Positions 31,273-42,995 of a DNA stretch of 64,000 nucleotides are shown here, piece after piece. The position numbers and the translations under genes are program-made. Each line of letters begins with the position of its first letter. The stretch's first letter is position 1. The DNA is taken from positions 64,001 through 128,000 of the forward strand of contig JBBFKW010000008.1 in the NCBI GenBank assembly GCA_037481835.1. The letters run 5' to 3'. Below the pieces are notes generated by a model. That model was not told the origin of the DNA. It did no database searches and saw only the letters and a program-made list of their open reading frames with translations. This stretch comes from Desulfosoma sp. (GTDB lineage Bacteria; Desulfobacterota; Syntrophobacteria; Syntrophobacterales; DSM-9756).

Positions 31273-33201
31273 TTAACCCATCGTTTTGCTCTCCCGCAAT
31301 CGCCTCACGTCACCGATGCGGATGGTGAGCCGCTGCCCGTCGAAGTATTCCAGAAGGGGGATGGTGTACTTGCGGCTGGCCTGAGTCATTTCCTTGAACT
31401 GGGCCGCTGAGATTTCTCCGTGCTCGTTTAAAAATGCCACGAGCCGTTCCTGCAAATCGGCGATGGCGTCCGCGTGAAAGAAAAGATCTTCCTTCACCTT
31501 GACCAGCCGCCCTTGATTGAGCATCCATTCCAGCACGTCCTTGTGTCGGCGCGCCGTTCCCGGAAGATCGGCAGCCACATCCTTGAAAAACGGTGGCTGC
31601 AGCCATGCCTTTCGATAAATCTCTTCAAGCCGCTCTCGGATCGCCTTCTCCTCGGGGCTCAAATCCCCCTTGTGTCCCTCCAGCCGCACCCATTCCTTTT
31701 CCATGACGACGATCCCGTCGTCCGCCAAACGCCGCAAGACGGAATGGAGCAGCTTGGGGTCCACGGGCCGATCCGTCTGGGCGGGGATTTCCTCCTTGGG
31801 CATGCCGGGCTTCAAAGGATTCTTGGCGTGGTAGGCTTCGAGGATGGCCGTCACGTTGGCCTGGAGCGTCCTTAAGGATTCGGGGTCGATAAACCGGCGG
31901 TTTTCGCGGTCGTAGAGCACGGCTTTCTTCTGGTTGAGGAGCATGTCCAAGGCGTCGGTAAAGGCCTTGCCGGAAAGGTTTGCCCGAATGTGCAGTTCCT
32001 TTTCTGAAACGCCCATCCAGCCCGCATCGCGAAGATGCCACTGGAGCACGGCCGGGGCGTCGCCGTCTTCGAGAAGCCGTAGGGCCTGAGCCGCCGCGGC
32101 TTTGTCCTTGCCCTTGTGCTTTTTCGGCACGGGATGCAGCACCGCGCCGCCTCCCAAGGTTCGGATAGGCGAGTAGGAGCGCAGCACGTAGCGATCGCCG
32201 CGAAGCACCGCGAGAGGCCGATCCAATCGGATCTGGGCGTAGGTCTTCTCCCCCGGAGCCAGCTGCTCCCGGTCCAAAAGCACCAAGGTCGCCACGGTCT
32301 CGGTCGTTCCCGTGTGGAACCGAATCTTTTGCCGATCCTTGAGCGGCTGCGGCGCATCGGCGAGAAGTTCCAGGGACACGTCCAGCATGTAGCTCGGCAG
32401 CAGGGAATCGGGTGTGGCCACCACTTCGCCCCGTTGCACCGCATCCCGATCCACCCCTTGGAGATTGATGGCCGTGCGTTGGCCCGGGAACGCTTCCTGG
32501 ACTTCCTGGTTGTGCACCTGCAGGCCGCGCACCTTGGTGGCGATCCCCGAGGGATAGACGGTGACCGGATCCCCCACGCGAAGCCGTCCTGAAAGGCTCG
32601 TGCCGGTCACCACCGTGCCGAACCCTTTCATGGTGAACACCCGATCGATGGACATGCGAAAAGGGCCCGACGTGTTTCGCGCCGGCACCTTGGGAACCAT
32701 TCCAAAAAGGACCTGCTTGAGGGTATCCAGCCCCTCGCCCGTCACGGCCGACACGCGCACGATGGGAGCATGTTCGAGAAAAGTGCCCTTGAGGAAATCG
32801 CGGATGTCCTCTTCCACCATGTCGACCCATTCCGGGTCGTCCACAAGGTCGATCTTGGTCAAGACCACCAGACCTTCCTTGACACGAAGGAGTTGGCAAA
32901 TTTCCAAGTGTTCCCGGGTTTGGGGCATGACGCCTTCATCGGCCGCAATGACCAGGGCCACCAAATCGATCCCCGTGGCTCCGGCCACCATGTGCTTGAC
33001 GAAACGTTCGTGTCCGGGCACGTCCACGATCCCCAATCGCGTCCCGTCAGGAAGATCCAGGTAGGCAAAACCCAGTTCGATGGTTATGCCCCGCTGCTTT
33101 TCCTCTTTGAGCCTATCCGTGTCGATGCCGGTCAGGGCGCGGATCAAGGAGGTCTTGCCGTGATCAATATGGCCGGCGGTGCCGAGCACGACCTGGTGCA
33201 T
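31273..33201 (-). CDS. selB: Selenocysteine-specific elongation factor
   Basis: [35 protein letters not shown]-terminal winged helix [13 protein letters not shown]. Confidence 0.96.
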   Translation of the reverse strand: MHQVVLGTAGHIDHGKTSLIRALTGIDTDRLKEEKQRGITIELGFAYLDLPDGTRLGIVDVPGHERFVKHMVAGATGIDLVALVIAADEGVMPQTREHLEICQLLRVKEGLVVLTKIDLVDDPEWVDMVEEDIRDFLKGTFLEHAPIVRVSAVTGEGLDTLKQVLFGMVPKVPARNTSGPFRMSIDRVFTMKGFGTVVTGTSLSGRLRVGDPVTVYPSGIATKVRGLQVHNQEVQEAFPGQRTAINLQGVDRDAVQRGEVVATPDSLLPSYMLDVSLELLADAPQPLKDRQKIRFHTGTTETVATLVLLDREQLAPGEKTYAQIRLDRPLAVLRGDRYVLRSYSPIRTLGGGAVLHPVPKKHKGKDKAAAAQALRLLEDGDAPAVLQWHLRDAGWMGVSEKELHIRANLSGKAFTDALDMLLNQKKAVLYDRENRRFIDPESLRTLQANVTAILEAYHAKNPLKPGMPKEEIPAQTDRPVDPKLLHSVLRRLADDGIVVMEKEWVRLEGHKGDLSPEEKAIRERLEEIYRKAWLQPPFFKDVAADLPGTARRHKDVLEWMLNQGRLVKVKEDLFFHADAIADLQERLVAFLNEHGEISAAQFKEMTQASRKYTIPLLEYFDGQRLTIRIGDVRRLRESKTMG

Positions 33202-33438
33202 GGTGCGCTTCCTCCTAAAACCTGGCGGCCGCAGATGCGTGCCGAAGAGGCGTAACCGGGCGTTCTCGCGGCCCTTCGCCCTGTGGCGAAGGGCGCTCGA
33301 TGCGGTCGACGGCATAGTGCCATATCCGGGGGCGCAATTCAACGCTCGGGGGGAGCTGCCGCAGAGCTCTTGAGAAACACGGGCTGCTGTGTTAGGAGCC
33401 TTGCGGTGTGAACGACAGAGGGCTCAGGGGAGATCGGA

Positions 33439-34527
33439 ATGAGTCGCACAGCGGGGGGCGGTTTTTGGGTCGCAGCGGTTGTGCTCTGGGGCGTTCTTGC
33501 TGCGCTCGCCCTCGCAACAACGGTTTCGATCCGATTGGCCCTCTTCGGGATCACGCCCGGGGACGGCCTTCGCCCGCCGGCGGCCGTGGTCCTTCCCTCC
33601 GGGATGAACGCGCACGCCGTGGCGTCCGTTTTGGAAAAGGAGGGCGTGGTTTCCGACGGGACCCTTTTTTACTGGTACGCCCGCATCCATGGGCTCGCCG
33701 ACAAGATGAAAGCCGGGGAATATCGATTCCCGCCGGGCGTTTCTCCGCGCGTCGTGCTCGACACCCTTGTGCAGGGCAAAGTGGTGGTCCACAAGGTGAC
33801 CATCCCCGAAGGGGCCACCCTCAAGGACGTGGCACGCCTTGTGGCCAAGACGGGTTTGGTCGACGCGAACCATATCGTGGATCTGGCCCAGGACCGACAT
33901 CTCATGATTTCTCTGGGCGTGCGGGATGCGGGATCCCTGGAAGGGTATCTCTTCCCGGAAACCTACCTCTTCCGGCGTACGGACCGGCCGCGGGACATGG
34001 TGCGCCGCATGGTGCTGGAATTTTGGCGGCGCTTCTCCCCGGAACGGCAAGCCCAGGCCCGGCAGATGGGTTTTACGGTCCATCAGGCGGTCACCTTGGC
34101 GTCCCTGGTGGAAAAGGAAGCGGTCGTGGATGCGGAACGGCCCGTCATCGCCGGCGTTTTCTTGAATCGACTCCAGCGCGATATGCCGCTCCAAAGCGAC
34201 CCCACGGCGGTCTACGACTTGGAAGATTTTGCCGGTCCCATCCGGCGCCGACACCTGGACCGGGAAAGTCCCTACAATACCTATCTCCACAAGGGGCTTC
34301 CGCCCGGGCCCATCTGCAACCCGGGAGAAAAGTCCCTGCGGGCTGTCTTGGATCCCAAAAAGAACGCCTATCTCTACTTTGTCAGTAACAACGACGGCAC
34401 TCATACCTTTTCCGCCACCTATGACGAACACCTCCAGGCGGTGGCTCGGTTCCGCGCCCTTAAGGAGGACAGCCGAAGCAGCGCCAAGACCCCGCTCGAC
34501 GAATCGGAGGCCTCGATCGTCCCGTGA
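33439..34527 (+). CDS. mltG: Endolytic transglycosylase
   Basis: VTIPEG, EGYLFPETY, LASLVEKE, LQSDPT, SPYNTY, GLPPGPICNPG. Confidence 0.95.
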   Translation: MSRTAGGGFWVAAVVLWGVLAALALATTVSIRLALFGITPGDGLRPPAAVVLPSGMNAHAVASVLEKEGVVSDGTLFYWYARIHGLADKMKAGEYRFPPGVSPRVVLDTLVQGKVVVHKVTIPEGATLKDVARLVAKTGLVDANHIVDLAQDRHLMISLGVRDAGSLEGYLFPETYLFRRTDRPRDMVRRMVLEFWRRFSPERQAQARQMGFTVHQAVTLASLVEKEAVVDAERPVIAGVFLNRLQRDMPLQSDPTAVYDLEDFAGPIRRRHLDRESPYNTYLHKGLPPGPICNPGEKSLRAVLDPKKNAYLYFVSNNDGTHTFSATYDEHLQAVARFRALKEDSRSSAKTPLDESEASIVP

Positions 34528-35345
34528 AAAAAGACGCCCAAAAGCCCCAAAGCGTGGCGAGCCTTGTGCTCGCCGCTGGAAAAGGCAGCCGCATGACGGG
34601 CTATGAGGGAAACAAGACCCTCCTTCCCCTGATCCCCTCAGGGGAAGAGCGCACCGTCGGGTCCCGCCCGCTTCTTGCCGAAGTGCTGGAAAACCTTCCC
34701 CCGGGCCCCAAGGCCGTGGTCGTCCACCATCGGGCCGAAGACGTGCGCCGCGAGACGGCGGCTTACGGCTGCACCTATATTTTCCAGCCTGAAACGGACG
34801 GCACGGGCGGAGCCGTGCTGGCCGCCCGCCCGTTTCTGGAAACCCTCACCGAAGACGCCGTGATCATCACCATGGGAGATGTGCCGCTCATCCGCCGCAG
34901 AACCTACGATCTTCTGCTCCAGGGACTGGCTGACGGGCAGATGACGGTTCTGGCCTTCCGTCCCGACGATCCCGCCCAGTACGGCAAGCTGGACGTGGAA
35001 GAAAATCGCGTGCGGCGCATCGTGGAATGGAAATACTGGAGCCGCATGCCCGGGCGGATGGACGGATGCCCGTGCAACGCAGGAGTCTACGCGCTGCGGC
35101 GAGAGGGGCTCCTTGGCTCCTTGGACGATTTGGCCGCCAAGGCCCACGAGGTGCACAAGGAACGCAATGGCCGCATGACGCTCATCCGGGAATACTTCCT
35201 CACAGACCTTGTGGAAATCCTGGTTAAACGAGGCCTCACGGTCACCTACACGACCGCCGAACCCTGGGAGGTCCTGGGTGTGGATACGCCTCAGGCTCTG
35301 GAACGCGTGCAGGAAATCTACCGTTTACGTCAGAGGAATAATTGA
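34524..35345 (+). CDS. Stand-alone GlmU N-terminal-like nucleotidyltransferase
   Basis: LAAGKGSRM, GTGGAV, GDVPLI, YGKL…IVE, NAGVY, EYFLTD. No left-handed beta-helix domain. Confidence 0.75.
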   Translation: MKKDAQKPQSVASLVLAAGKGSRMTGYEGNKTLLPLIPSGEERTVGSRPLLAEVLENLPPGPKAVVVHHRAEDVRRETAAYGCTYIFQPETDGTGGAVLAARPFLETLTEDAVIITMGDVPLIRRRTYDLLLQGLADGQMTVLAFRPDDPAQYGKLDVEENRVRRIVEWKYWSRMPGRMDGCPCNAGVYALRREGLLGSLDDLAAKAHEVHKERNGRMTLIREYFLTDLVEILVKRGLTVTYTTAEPWEVLGVDTPQALERVQEIYRLRQRNN

Positions 35346-35454
35346 CCTTTCCGGGAAAAATGTTCTATTGTGCTTTCCGTTACAAACCCGATCGGGAGGA
35401 TTCCCGGGAAGGCTGATGCCGCGTGTCGTTTTTCACCCATTCAAGGAGGGATCC

Positions 35455-37101
35455 ATGCCAGTGAAGCTCGTCGACCGAACCCCGTCCGCCTACGCTTACC
35501 CGCTGCTTATCAAACACCTGTTGCACAAGCCCATGCGCTGTACGCCCAATCAACACATCGTCTACAGGGATCTGTATCGCTTCACCTACGCGGACATGTT
35601 TCAAAGGGTCCACAAGGCCGCCACCATGCTCCGAGCCCTCGGGGTGCAAGAAGGCTCTACCGTGGGCGTCATGGACTGGGACAGCCACCGGTACCTGGAG
35701 CTGTTCTACGCCGTGCCCATGATGGGGGCGATCCTCCACACGGTGAACATCCGCCTGTCGCCGGAACAGATCCTCTACACCATAAACCACGCCGAAGACG
35801 ACGTCCTCTTCGTCCATACGGACTTCCTCCCCGTCGTCGAAGGCATCAAGGACCAGTTCCAGACGGTCAAGAAGATCGTGCTCCTGAAGGACGGCGGGGA
35901 CGCTCCGGCAACCGCCGTCCCTTTGGATGGCGAGTATGAGGACCTCCTTTCGCGGGCGTCCGACGATTACGAGTTCCCCGATTTCGACGAAAACGCCAAG
36001 GCGACCACTTTTTACACCACGGGAACGACCGGGCTCCCCAAAGGGGTCTACTTCAGCCACCGCCAGTTGGTGCTCCACACGCTGGCCACTCTGGCGGCCG
36101 CCGGGTCTTACCACACGGCGGCGACGTTCCGGTCCAACGACGTCTACATGCCGCTCACACCCATGTTTCACGTGCACGCGTGGGGAATCCCCTTCGTGGC
36201 CGGCCAGTTGGGTGTGAAACAGGTCTACCCGGGCCGTTACGACCCGGCCATGATCCTGAAGTTGATCGTCACCGAAAAAGTCACCTTCTCCCATTGCGTC
36301 CCCACGATCCTGCACATGATTCTCTCAAGCCCGGCGGCCAAGAACGTGGATCTTTCCGGATGGAAAGTGATCATCGGCGGATCGGCCTTGACCAAGGGAT
36401 TGTGCAAGGCCGCCATGGACCGAGGCATCGACCTCATCACGGGCTACGGCATGTCCGAAACATGCCCTATATTGACCTTGGCTCAACCCCAGCCCGACAT
36501 GATGGAGTGGCCTGCGGAGCAACAGATCCTCGTGCGGTGTCGAACGGGCCAGCCCATCCCGCTGGTCGACCTCAGGGTGGTCACCCCGGACGGCGTGCCC
36601 GTTCCCCACGACGGCAAGAGCACCGGAGAAGTGGTGGTCCGCTCCCCGTGGCTCACCCAGGGCTACTTCAAGGATCCCGACCGGGCCGAGGAACTCTGGC
36701 AAGGCGGCTGGCTCCATACGGGGGATGTGGGCTTTATCGATGAGCGCGGCTATCTCCAGATCACCGACCGCATCAAGGACGTCATCAAAACGGGCGGAGA
36801 GTGGATTTCCACGCTCATCCTGGAAGATATTCTCATGCAGCACCCGGCGGTGAGCGAAGCGGCGGCCATTGGGGTCCCCGACGAAAAGTGGGGCGAACGG
36901 CCCATGGCCTTGGTGGTGCTCAAGGAAGAATACAAGGGGAAGGTCACGGAGGAAGAGATCCGCAATCATTTCATGCGGTTTGTGGAAGAAGGGAGCATCA
37001 CCAAGTGGGCGGTGCCCGATAAGATCGGCTTTGTGGACATGCTGCCCAAGACCAGCGTGGGCAAGCTGGACAAGAAGGTCATGCGAAAGCAGTACCGATA
37101 G
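35455..37101 (+). CDS. Fatty-acid--CoA ligase (AMP-forming)
   Basis: [52 protein letters not shown]. Confidence 0.92.
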   Translation: MPVKLVDRTPSAYAYPLLIKHLLHKPMRCTPNQHIVYRDLYRFTYADMFQRVHKAATMLRALGVQEGSTVGVMDWDSHRYLELFYAVPMMGAILHTVNIRLSPEQILYTINHAEDDVLFVHTDFLPVVEGIKDQFQTVKKIVLLKDGGDAPATAVPLDGEYEDLLSRASDDYEFPDFDENAKATTFYTTGTTGLPKGVYFSHRQLVLHTLATLAAAGSYHTAATFRSNDVYMPLTPMFHVHAWGIPFVAGQLGVKQVYPGRYDPAMILKLIVTEKVTFSHCVPTILHMILSSPAAKNVDLSGWKVIIGGSALTKGLCKAAMDRGIDLITGYGMSETCPILTLAQPQPDMMEWPAEQQILVRCRTGQPIPLVDLRVVTPDGVPVPHDGKSTGEVVVRSPWLTQGYFKDPDRAEELWQGGWLHTGDVGFIDERGYLQITDRIKDVIKTGGEWISTLILEDILMQHPAVSEAAAIGVPDEKWGERPMALVVLKEEYKGKVTEEEIRNHFMRFVEEGSITKWAVPDKIGFVDMLPKTSVGKLDKKVMRKQYR

Positions 37102-37140
37102 AAATCGAGGGTTTTTGCCGGATTCCTTTCCCGCCGCACC

Positions 37141-37178
37141 TCGGGTGGGGTGTGGCCCGCCGCGCCCCACCCACCCGA
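37141..37178. terminator. Hairpin between convergent genes (possible bidirectional terminator)
   Basis: tcgggtggggtgtgg…ccgcgccccacccacccga, imperfect stem with no clear U tract. Confidence 0.35.
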
Positions 37179-37185
37179 TGGCCCC

Positions 37186-38637
37186 TTACGGCCGCCAGAA
37201 TTCCGGAATGAGCAGCACGATCACCGTGTAGATTTCCAGGCGCCCCAAGAGCATGCTCAGGGACAGAAGCCATTTGGCCAGAAGGGGAAGTCCCGCGTAA
37301 TTTTCCGCCGGGCCCACGGCGCCGAAACCCGGACCGATGTTTCCTATGGTGGCCGCAACCGATGAAAAGGCGGTGACCATGTCCAGTCCCATGGCCGCCA
37401 TGAGCAAAGAAAAGACGACAAAAAGCGCCACATAGAGGATGAAAAAGCCCCAGACACTGTGGAGCACCTCAGCGGGCACAACCCGGCCGCCCAATTTCAC
37501 TTGGGATACGGCATGGGGATGAACGAGGCGCATCAGCTCACGATAGCCGTGCTTGATCAGCAGGATGATCCGCAAGCACTTGATGCCCCCGCCCGTGGAT
37601 CCCGCGGATCCTCCGAGAAACATGCACAAGAAGAGAATCACTTGGGTGAGCGGCGGCCATGTCTCGTAGTCCGCCGTGGCGAAGCCTGTGGTGGTGAGGA
37701 TGGAGACGACCTGGAAGGCGGCATATCGAAAGGCGCCGGCCACCGTGTGAAAGACCGTCCCGTAGAGACTGCCGGCACACAGGACGATGAACACGGCGGT
37801 GGCAAAGAGGAAAAACCGGCATTCGGGGTCGCGCCACAAAGCCAGTGGCTTTCCCGTAAGCCACTGGTAATGAAGCGAGAAATTGATGCCTGCGACGAGC
37901 ATGAAGAGAACGATCACCCCGTCCACGTAGGCGCTTTGATAATGCCCCACCGAAGCGTTTCGGGTGGAGAAGCCTCCGGTGGCCAAGGTGGCGAAGGTAT
38001 GGCATAAGGCGTCGAAAAGGTCCATGCCGCCCGTCATGAGGAGGGCGGTTTCCGCCACGGTGAATAGGAGGTAGACTTTCCAGAGGACCGATGCCGTGTC
38101 TTTGATGCGAGGGCGCAGCTTGTCGGGGACGGGGGACGGCACTTCGGCCTTGTATAATTGCATGCCACCCACACCCAAGAAAGGAAGAATGGCCAAAGAC
38201 AAGACGATGATGCCCATGCCGCCCAGCCAATGGGTCAGTCCCCGCCACAGGAGGAGTCCCCGAGGAACTTTCTCGATGTCTGTGAGTACGGAAGCACCGG
38301 TCGTGGTAAAGCCCGACATGGATTCGAAAAAGGCGTCGGTAAAGGTGGAAAACGTGCCCGCGAGGTAGAAAGGCAGAGCCCCCAAGACTGCCGCCCCGAT
38401 CCATCCCAGGGCGACGATAAGGATTCCTTCGCGATGACCGATGAGGGAAGATCCCCCTTTGCGTGAAGGCAGGAAAAGGACGGCCCCTGCGGCGGCCGCA
38501 ACCCCCATGGATTTGGCAATGGACCCATGGGCCCCGTCGCCGTAAGCCAGGGAAAAACCCAACGGCAGGATCATGGTGCCGCCGACGCACCATAGGAGGG
38601 CTCCGACGGCACGCCAGACGAAGCCCCACGGCATCAT
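37186..38637 (-). CDS. trkH: Trk potassium uptake membrane protein
   Basis: FESMSGFTTTG, WLGGMGII, ATGGFS, GSTGGGIK, GNIGPG, GRLE. Confidence 0.95.
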   Translation of the reverse strand: MMPWGFVWRAVGALLWCVGGTMILPLGFSLAYGDGAHGSIAKSMGVAAAAGAVLFLPSRKGGSSLIGHREGILIVALGWIGAAVLGALPFYLAGTFSTFTDAFFESMSGFTTTGASVLTDIEKVPRGLLLWRGLTHWLGGMGIIVLSLAILPFLGVGGMQLYKAEVPSPVPDKLRPRIKDTASVLWKVYLLFTVAETALLMTGGMDLFDALCHTFATLATGGFSTRNASVGHYQSAYVDGVIVLFMLVAGINFSLHYQWLTGKPLALWRDPECRFFLFATAVFIVLCAGSLYGTVFHTVAGAFRYAAFQVVSILTTTGFATADYETWPPLTQVILFLCMFLGGSAGSTGGGIKCLRIILLIKHGYRELMRLVHPHAVSQVKLGGRVVPAEVLHSVWGFFILYVALFVVFSLLMAAMGLDMVTAFSSVAATIGNIGPGFGAVGPAENYAGLPLLAKWLLSLSMLLGRLEIYTVIVLLIPEFWRP

Positions 38638-39998
38638 GGTCGCCTCACCGGCACCGAAAGGCGCTTTTCCACCTGGGGCACGGCCTTGCGGGCGCACAAG
38701 ACGACGACGCGGTCGCCGGGAAGAATCACCGTGTGCCCTGTGGCGATGGAGGGCTTTTCACCCCGCACCACCGCCAGGACCAAAGCGCCCTTGGGAAATC
38801 CGACGTCCTTCAAGGGCCGCCCGACGATGGGCGAATGGTCCATGGCTTCCGCCTCCAGGACTTCCGCTTCTTCGCCCCTGAGAGACACCGCCGAGAGAAT
38901 CTTTCCGCGCCTCACATACTGCAGGATGCTATTGATGGCGGATAGTCGGGGATTGACGACCCGACCCAGTCCAATCGCCTGGGCGATGGGCATGTAGGCG
39001 AACTTGCTGATGCGCGTAATCAGCCGGCGGGCTCCCAAGCGCTGCGCCAAAAGCGAACACAGGATGTTGGTCTCTTCGTCGCCGGTGAGCGAAACAACCA
39101 GGTCCATGTGGGCGATGTTTTCCTCCATGAGGATCGTTTGATCGGTTCCGTCGCCATGGAGCACGATGGTTCGGTGCAAAACTTCTGAAAGCCGGTCGCA
39201 CCGGGCCCGGTCCTTTTCCAGCATTCGCACATGCAAGGCTCGGTTTTCCAGACGGCGAGCCAGTCTCAGCCCAATGTCTCCCCCGCCGATGATAAAAATG
39301 TTTTCCGGCGATTTTTCTCGGCATCCGAAAAAAGCCAGCACCTTGTTCATGTGGTCTTTGTCGGAGACCACATAGAGCAGGTCCCCGGCGCGCAGGACGT
39401 CCTTGCCCGTGGGCACGATGAGGGTTTCGTTGCGAAAAACGGCGCCGATAATGTAAGGAAGGCCGTCGGCCATTCGGCCCAGATCGATGAGAGATTTCCC
39501 CTTGAGAGGCGACCCGGCGTGCAGCCGCACGGCCACAAGCTGAATGCGGCCCTCTGCCAGCTCCCGCACATCCTCCGCATCAGGCACGGCGATGAGCCTT
39601 TCGATGGTGTGGACCAATTCCTCGTCGGGGTTGATGATCTTGTCCAGGTTGAGGTGCTTTTCCAACAAGCCGGGCTGAAAATGCGTGTACGCCTCGTTGC
39701 GGATCCGGGCCAGTTTTTTGATGCGCGGCGCGAGGATATTGGCGTAGAAGGAAGCGATGAGGTTGGTTTCATCGGCATCGGTAACGGCAAGGAACGTCTG
39801 GGCTTCATGGATGCCCGCGGCTTGCAAAATGCGAGGGTCACTCCCCGACCCTTCCAGGGTTTGGACATCGCTGAATTCCATGAGGCGCCTGAGCGCTTCC
39901 GGGTTCTTGTCGACGACGACAACTTCCTTGTTTTCCTGGGATAGCCGGTGCGCAATGTGAAAACCCACTTCTCCGGCCCCCACGATGATGAGCTTCAA
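38634..39998 (-). CDS. trkA: Trk potassium uptake NAD-binding protein
   Basis: Two RCK domains (IIVGAGEVG, IIGGGDIG). TTG start after AAGGAGG. Confidence 0.93.
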   Translation of the reverse strand: MKLIIVGAGEVGFHIAHRLSQENKEVVVVDKNPEALRRLMEFSDVQTLEGSGSDPRILQAAGIHEAQTFLAVTDADETNLIASFYANILAPRIKKLARIRNEAYTHFQPGLLEKHLNLDKIINPDEELVHTIERLIAVPDAEDVRELAEGRIQLVAVRLHAGSPLKGKSLIDLGRMADGLPYIIGAVFRNETLIVPTGKDVLRAGDLLYVVSDKDHMNKVLAFFGCREKSPENIFIIGGGDIGLRLARRLENRALHVRMLEKDRARCDRLSEVLHRTIVLHGDGTDQTILMEENIAHMDLVVSLTGDEETNILCSLLAQRLGARRLITRISKFAYMPIAQAIGLGRVVNPRLSAINSILQYVRRGKILSAVSLRGEEAEVLEAEAMDHSPIVGRPLKDVGFPKGALVLAVVRGEKPSIATGHTVILPGDRVVVLCARKAVPQVEKRLSVPVRRP

Positions 39999-40159
39999 GG
40001 TCCGCCTCCTTGGTTCCATCCCGGCCGTTCATTGGGGTCCCATTCCTCTACCAGAGCCCCGTTCGGGATGCAACAAAACGGGTGCAGAATCTCTTGCGCA
40101 AAGACATGGAATCTGCTACACATGACCATTGTGAAATAAAGTGCGCGAAGGAGGCTTCT

Positions 40160-40351
40160 ATGTCGCAATGGGCATGGCGCATCGGCATGCTGGTGGTTGG
40201 CATTGTGCCGGCCATTATCGGCGGCGGGCTGTTCTGGCATTTTTTCGAAAAGTGGACGGCCGTCATCGTCTGGGAAATCGTGCTGCTTTTCCTCATGAGC
40301 CTCATCATCGCCAAGGGCGACAAGAGGGCGGGCCAGGAAGCCCATCATTGA
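40160..40351 (+). CDS. Small two-TM membrane protein (63 aa)
   Basis: AAGGAGG RBS and two hydrophobic helices. Confidence 0.7.
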   Translation: MSQWAWRIGMLVVGIVPAIIGGGLFWHFFEKWTAVIVWEIVLLFLMSLIIAKGDKRAGQEAHH

Positions 40352-40376
40352 TCGGTGTTGCCCGGAGGAAACCGCC

Positions 40377-40580
40377 ATGGAATGCCGGAAGGAAAAAAAT
40401 CTGGAAGTCTGCCTATGTTCCTATGAACCATGCGCCAAAAAGGGCCTGTGTTGCGAGTGCCTCCAGTATCATTTGAAAAGCCGGCAGCTGCCGGGCTGCT
40501 GCTTCCCCAAAGATGCGGAGCGGACCTATGACCGCTCCTTCGAACATTTCGCCCGCCTGGTCCAACAGAAAAAAATCTGA
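40377..40580 (+). CDS. Small Cys-rich protein (DUF6485-like)
   Basis: CxCSYEPC…GLCCEC…H…LPGCCF…YDRS, GGAGG RBS. Family name from recall. Confidence 0.7.
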   Translation: MECRKEKNLEVCLCSYEPCAKKGLCCECLQYHLKSRQLPGCCFPKDAERTYDRSFEHFARLVQQKKI

Positions 40581-40881
40581 TCCCGCCTCCGGCGGACACT
40601 CTTCCCTGCCGATCTTCTTGTGCTCTCACGGGATTCCCATTGACCCGCCTCACGGGCTCGTGTAGATATGGCGCCCGATCGCCCGGGTTTCTTGTAAAAC
40701 CTGCGGGCTGAGACGCGCTCGGGCCACGATGGCGCCTTTCGGGCCCGAAGCAGATCCGGCTTAAGGGCTCCGAAGCGGCGTGTCACGGCTTAGCCGGCGG
40801 GCCGCCATGAGCGCCGATGACAATACCGGATCGGCATAAGGGGCGAATGAGCAATTTCAGGCCGACGGGAGAGATCGTGCC

Positions 40882-41850
40882 ATGAGTTCTCAGAGGAGCA
40901 ACGCCTTTGTGGCGGATATCGTGGATCTCGTGGTTTCGTCTTGGAAGATCCTTGCGGTGTGCATCGCCGTCGCCGTAGGAGCCGCGGTGGTCTATGTCTG
41001 GCGGGCTACACCCCTTTACGCCGTCAAGATGCAGGTCCGCCCCGGAATCACGGCCTTCGACGAGACGGGAAAGGAAATCCGCAGCTGGAACGTGGGCGAT
41101 GTCATGGATTTTTTCCGGCAAGACGCCTACCGGGCTTTCCTTCCCAATGAGGGCGGGGCTGCGGGAAAAACGCTCACTCTCTATCCGGCTCAGGGCCGCA
41201 GCGCCACCACGGTGACTCTGACTCTCTATTATCCCGATCCCGACGAAGGGGTCCGCCTCCTTCAGCAGTTCTACGACAATGTGCTCCGCCACTATCAAAC
41301 CTCCGGGAAAGAACCGCTCATCGCCGTGTCCACGAAGAAGATCCAAGAAAGGATTCAGTCCGTGGAAGGGCTCCTGAACCACGTGGATGCGGTGGAACGG
41401 CCCACCTTGGACGGGGAAATCGAAGGGCGGCGGGCACAAATCGCGGCGAAAACCCGTGTCTTGGAAGCTGTTGAAAACCGCATTCGGGACATGGCAGGGA
41501 TGCGCCCCGATCCCCAGGTTTTCAGCGTCCTCCTGGAACATGAAAAGTCGGCGGAAGCCCTGCGAAGCGCCATCGCCGAAGAAAAGCGTTTGATCGATTC
41601 CCTGGTCCTGGCCCGGGACGCCCTGGCCATGAAGAAACGGCAGTTGGAAGCGGAAAGGGCTTTGGAACAGCAAAAACTCGCGGCCCTCGTCCCTCTGGAA
41701 CAGGTTGTCCCCCCCGCGGCCAGTGCCTTTCCCGTTCGCCCGAAAATGAAGTGGCACCTGATCGGTGCGGTTTTGGCAGGGGGATTCGCGGGGCTTCTTC
41801 TGGGTGTGATCCTGCGAGAGAGGCGGCTGAAGGGATCGGCGCTTCGGTAG
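40882..41850 (+). CDS. Wzz-like polysaccharide chain-length determinant
   Basis: N- and C-terminal TM helices, central coiled coil, P…PVRPK before the last TM. Confidence 0.7.
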   Translation: MSSQRSNAFVADIVDLVVSSWKILAVCIAVAVGAAVVYVWRATPLYAVKMQVRPGITAFDETGKEIRSWNVGDVMDFFRQDAYRAFLPNEGGAAGKTLTLYPAQGRSATTVTLTLYYPDPDEGVRLLQQFYDNVLRHYQTSGKEPLIAVSTKKIQERIQSVEGLLNHVDAVERPTLDGEIEGRRAQIAAKTRVLEAVENRIRDMAGMRPDPQVFSVLLEHEKSAEALRSAIAEEKRLIDSLVLARDALAMKKRQLEAERALEQQKLAALVPLEQVVPPAASAFPVRPKMKWHLIGAVLAGGFAGLLLGVILRERRLKGSALR

Positions 41851-41878
41851 GGCCGAAAAGAAAAACTGGAGGGACTTT

Positions 41879-42880
41879 ATGCATTTGCAAAAACGTGTGC
41901 TTGTCACAGGGGGGGCCGGCTTTCTCGGATCCCATCTGTGCGAAAAGCTTCTCGAAAAGGGCCACGATGTTTTGTGCGTGGACAATTTTTATACGGGCAC
42001 CAAGGGAAACATCGTCCACCTGCTGACCAATCCGTTCTTTGAAGTCCATCGGCACGACATCACGTTTCCTCTTTTCGTGGAAGTGGACGAAATTTACAAC
42101 ATGGCCTGCCCGGCTTCTCCCGTGCATTATCAGAACGACCCCGTGCAGACCACCAAGGTATGCGTCCACGGGTCCATCAACATGCTGGGGCTGGCCAAGA
42201 GGCTTAAAGCCCGCATTCTGCAGGCATCCACGTCGGAAGTGTACGGGGATCCCACGGTGCATCCCCAGACGGAAGACTATCGAGGCAACGTCAATCCCAT
42301 CGGGCCCCGGTCGTGCTACGACGAAGGCAAGCGGTGTGCCGAAACCCTGTTTTTCGACTACCGGCGCCAGCACAAGCTTTCCATCAAGGTGGCCCGAATT
42401 TTCAATACCTACGGGCCGCGCATGCATCCCAACGACGGACGGGTGGTGAGCAATTTCATCGTCCAGGCTCTTCTCAACAAGCCCTTGACGGTTTTCGGCG
42501 ACGGCTCCCAAACCCGATCCTTCTGCTACGTGGACGACATGGTGGAAGGCCTCATCCGGCTCATGGAATCCCCAGAAGACGTGACCGGGCCGATCAATTT
42601 GGGCAACCCCGACGAATTCACCATCATGGAACTGGCCGAGCTGGTCTTGGAATTGACCGGCTCCCGATCCCAGATCCGTTATGAACCACTGCCCAAGGAC
42701 GACCCCGTGCGGCGCCGCCCGGATATCACGCGAGCCCGGCAGATTCTCGGATGGGCGCCCACGGTGCCTTTGCGGGAAGGACTCCGAAAAACCATCGACT
42801 ATTTTGACGATTTCCTGCGCCAACGCGGGCTGACCGACGACGGGTCCCCGGCCGAACACAGGAATTCCGCCGGATTTTAA
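41879..42880 (+). CDS. UDP-glucuronate decarboxylase (UDP-xylose synthase) family protein
   Basis: [41 protein letters not shown]. Confidence 0.92.
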   Translation: MHLQKRVLVTGGAGFLGSHLCEKLLEKGHDVLCVDNFYTGTKGNIVHLLTNPFFEVHRHDITFPLFVEVDEIYNMACPASPVHYQNDPVQTTKVCVHGSINMLGLAKRLKARILQASTSEVYGDPTVHPQTEDYRGNVNPIGPRSCYDEGKRCAETLFFDYRRQHKLSIKVARIFNTYGPRMHPNDGRVVSNFIVQALLNKPLTVFGDGSQTRSFCYVDDMVEGLIRLMESPEDVTGPINLGNPDEFTIMELAELVLELTGSRSQIRYEPLPKDDPVRRRPDITRARQILGWAPTVPLREGLRKTIDYFDDFLRQRGLTDDGSPAEHRNSAGF

Positions 42881-42995
42881 TCGACTCCCCGGTCGCGGCG
42901 CGCCCCTTCCGGGAAAGGGCGGATGCCGACGGGAAGGGTGGAGCGTGGGCGGGTTTTCGGGGCAACTTCCGGGATAAGAAAACGGATCGGGGTCG

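Noticed and set aside
33202..33438. tRNA-Sec (selC) next to selB
   Set aside because: No cloverleaf with a UCA anticodon is visible.
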